From Sphingomonadales bacterium (lineage in GTDB: Bacteria > Pseudomonadota > Alphaproteobacteria > Sphingomonadales > Sphingomonadaceae): DNA of 50,830 bases. The translations under genes and the position numbers were made by a program. Positions within the stretch are counted from its first letter, which is position 1; each line of letters begins with the position of its first letter. Below are positions 49,295 through 50,830 of the stretch, piece by piece. The stretch spans positions 1 to 50,830 of the forward strand of contig JAGXGT010000052.1 of the NCBI GenBank assembly GCA_024636595.1, in the 5' to 3' direction. Under the pieces are notes generated by a model. That model was given only the letters and a program-made list of their open reading frames with translations, did not search any database and was not told where the DNA came from.

Positions 49295-49861
49295 TCAGAA
49301 TATTCCCCAGGCGCCAAGCGCCAGAATAGCCCCAACCAACAGAAAGATCGCCCCGCCCGCATAGCGAACCGGCGCCATTGGTATGTTTTCGGTCAGTTGC
49401 CGATAAAACAGGATGGCGGGCAGGCAAGCGATCATCACCCCGAACCACCCGCCGGCAGCGGCAAAAAAACCCATGTCCGTTCGCGCTGCGGTCGCCATCA
49501 AGACAAATTGCCCCTTGTCGCCAAATTGCAGAATGAAGAGCCCCGCAAACGACGTCCAGAACGGCCCAAGCTGCCAATTTTCCAGCAAGTCAACCGGGCG
49601 CCGCCAGGCCACCATGCCAAAGCCAGCAAAAATTAGTGACAGGGCATAGAAAAGTTGCAGAGCGTCTTCGCTAATCCACCGATGGATCGCTGAGCCTGCG
49701 ATAGCTGAAATCACGCAATTGCAAAGAGTGGCAAACCCAAGCCCCCAGATGACCGGCGACAATCGGCCATATCTCATGGCCAGAGCAGCACATAATATCT
49801 GTGGCCTGTCGCCAAATTCTGCGACCGCCAAAGCAAACAGAGAAGTTAGAAATGCGTCCAC
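49295..49861 (-). CDS. TMEM165/GDT1 (UPF0016) family transporter
   Basis: Two repeats with EFGDRPQ and QFGDKGQ motifs, about six TM helices; GTG start. Confidence 0.82.
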   Translation of the reverse strand: MDAFLTSLFALAVAEFGDRPQILCAALAMRYGRLSPVIWGLGFATLCNCVISAIAGSAIHRWISEDALQLFYALSLIFAGFGMVAWRRPVDLLENWQLGPFWTSFAGLFILQFGDKGQFVLMATAARTDMGFFAAAGGWFGVMIACLPAILFYRQLTENIPMAPVRYAGGAIFLLVGAILALGAWGIF

Positions 49862-49872
49862 TGCCTGTGCGG

Positions 49873-50208
49873 TTACGGCTGCCCGCCAAGGCGGAGTGCT
49901 ACATTGGCCATCAGCGCTTCAGTCATGGCAGGGTTCATCTGGACGCAGTCGAGACTCGCCCGCATAGCTTCGAGATATGATCGCGCAATGGTAGTCCCGC
50001 CGCCATTCTGCAAGGCTGGTTGCAAAGCGCTTTCCAATGCGCAACTAAGATCGCGAAGCGCAAACAGATGATGCGAGGTTGCTTTTTGCCGCACCTGGTC
50101 CAGATGCATGAGAAATTGACGTGGCTGCTGCGCAACCATTTCCGCCGGCAGGCATTCGAGCAAATTTAGCATTTCCGCCTGTACAAACAGATCTTTATCA
50201 TGATTCAT
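49873..50208 (-). CDS. Hypothetical helical protein, Hpt-like without the His
   Basis: ATG after GGGGAG RBS; amphipathic helices; LDQVRQKA...LRDLSCALE aligns by eye to the Hpt helix pair. Confidence 0.65.
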   Translation of the reverse strand: MNHDKDLFVQAEMLNLLECLPAEMVAQQPRQFLMHLDQVRQKATSHHLFALRDLSCALESALQPALQNGGGTTIARSYLEAMRASLDCVQMNPAMTEALMANVALRLGGQP

Positions 50209-50246
50209 CGCAATTGCTCCCTGCTTCGATGCGACCATGCAAAAAC

Positions 50247-50265
50247 ATGGTTAAAAAGTCGTAAA
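50247..50265 (-). promoter_or_regulatory. CtrA binding site
   Basis: Minus strand TTTA-CGACTTT-TTAACCAT: TTAA-N7-TTAA with one mismatch plus the full TTAACCAT half-site. Confidence 0.65.
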
Positions 50266-50405
50266 TGGAGCGGAGATTGCTTCCCTCAGGATCACGAAGG
50301 CTTTTTCTTGACATTGACTGGCGTTTTCACCATTAGCGCGGGAAGGAATGCGGCGCCGGATTGCGTCGCTGTTTTTATTTCAGCTTCTGCGTTAAGGAAT
50401 GCACC

Positions 50406-50573
50406 ATGGCGAAACCAGCCAATGTAAAGATCAAACTCGTCAGCACGGCGGATACCGGCTTCTTCTATGTAACCCGGAAAAACCCCCGCAATCTCACCGA
50501 AAAAATGGTGCAGCGCAAATATGATCCGGTTGTCCGCAAGCATGTCGAATTCAAAGAAGCCAAAATCAAATAA
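50406..50573 (+). CDS. rpmG: 50S ribosomal protein L33
   Basis: [23 protein letters not shown]...[18 protein letters not shown]. Confidence 0.98.
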   Translation: MAKPANVKIKLVSTADTGFFYVTRKNPRNLTEKMVQRKYDPVVRKHVEFKEAKIK

Positions 50574-50591
50574 GCAGCTTTTGATTGTGCT

Positions 50592-50830
50592 TTATCGGTG
50601 CAGGACCTGCTGCACCGATTCGATGAATTTCGCGACCGATATCGGCTTTGAAACATAAGCCTCTGCCCCGGCACTCAATATCCGGTCTTCGTCACCCTTG
50701 CCCGCATAAGCGGTGACGGCCATGATCGGAATGATCTTGAGCTGACCGTCTTTCTTGATCTGCTCGATCAGTTCCAGACCACTGACGTGGGGAAGCTGGA
50801 TATCCATCACGATCAGATTCGGTACAAAGC
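50592..50830 (-). CDS. divK: Single-domain response regulator DivK (5' end outside window)
   Basis: PNLIVMDIQLPHVSGLE, IPIMAVTAYA, KGDEDRI, YVSKPISV; convergent with rpmG. Confidence 0.85.
   Translation of the reverse strand, partial: FVPNLIVMDIQLPHVSGLELIEQIKKDGQLKIIPIMAVTAYAGKGDEDRILSAGAEAYVSKPISVAKFIESVQQVLHR

Overview
Chromosomal, mostly housekeeping DNA from an alphaproteobacterium. Gene content and order point to Sphingomonadales; this is inference, not a database result. Left to right the window holds a fragmented TCA cluster (sucA, sucD, mdh, zapE, PaaI, sdhB, with no sucC or sdhCDA) interrupted by an uncharacterised two-gene operon, then rplM-rpsI, ctaA, a MerC-like gene plus zur with a Zur box, and dxs-HAD-dapD-carotenoid oxygenase. 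Next come ruvCAB/yebC, gapR, pyk, rpmJ, galE, tRNA-Ser(GGA), two tandem secreted cyclophilin-like genes, ald, and rnd (frameshifted)-lptCAB-rpoN. The right end has a two-domain cold-shock gene, a trypsin-like protease autotransporter, dps, a UPF0016 transporter, rpmG and a partial divK. I saw no phage, IS, integrase, CRISPR or defence genes. The best leads are: (1) a promoter-preceded ~117-nt structured RNA closed by a tRNA-like stem ending in ACCA, between rnd and the cold-shock gene; (2) an Hpt-like protein with Asp at the phospho-His position, preceded by a CtrA box and near divK; (3) 13 REP/REPIN-like palindromes of five types at every junction of the mdh-suc and ruv operons, one apparently supplying the ruvB start codon; (4) a Zur-boxed MerC-like gene that is probably a zinc transporter; (5) a HAD gene that seems to need an ATC start. 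All calls come from reading the sequence by eye; no searches were run.
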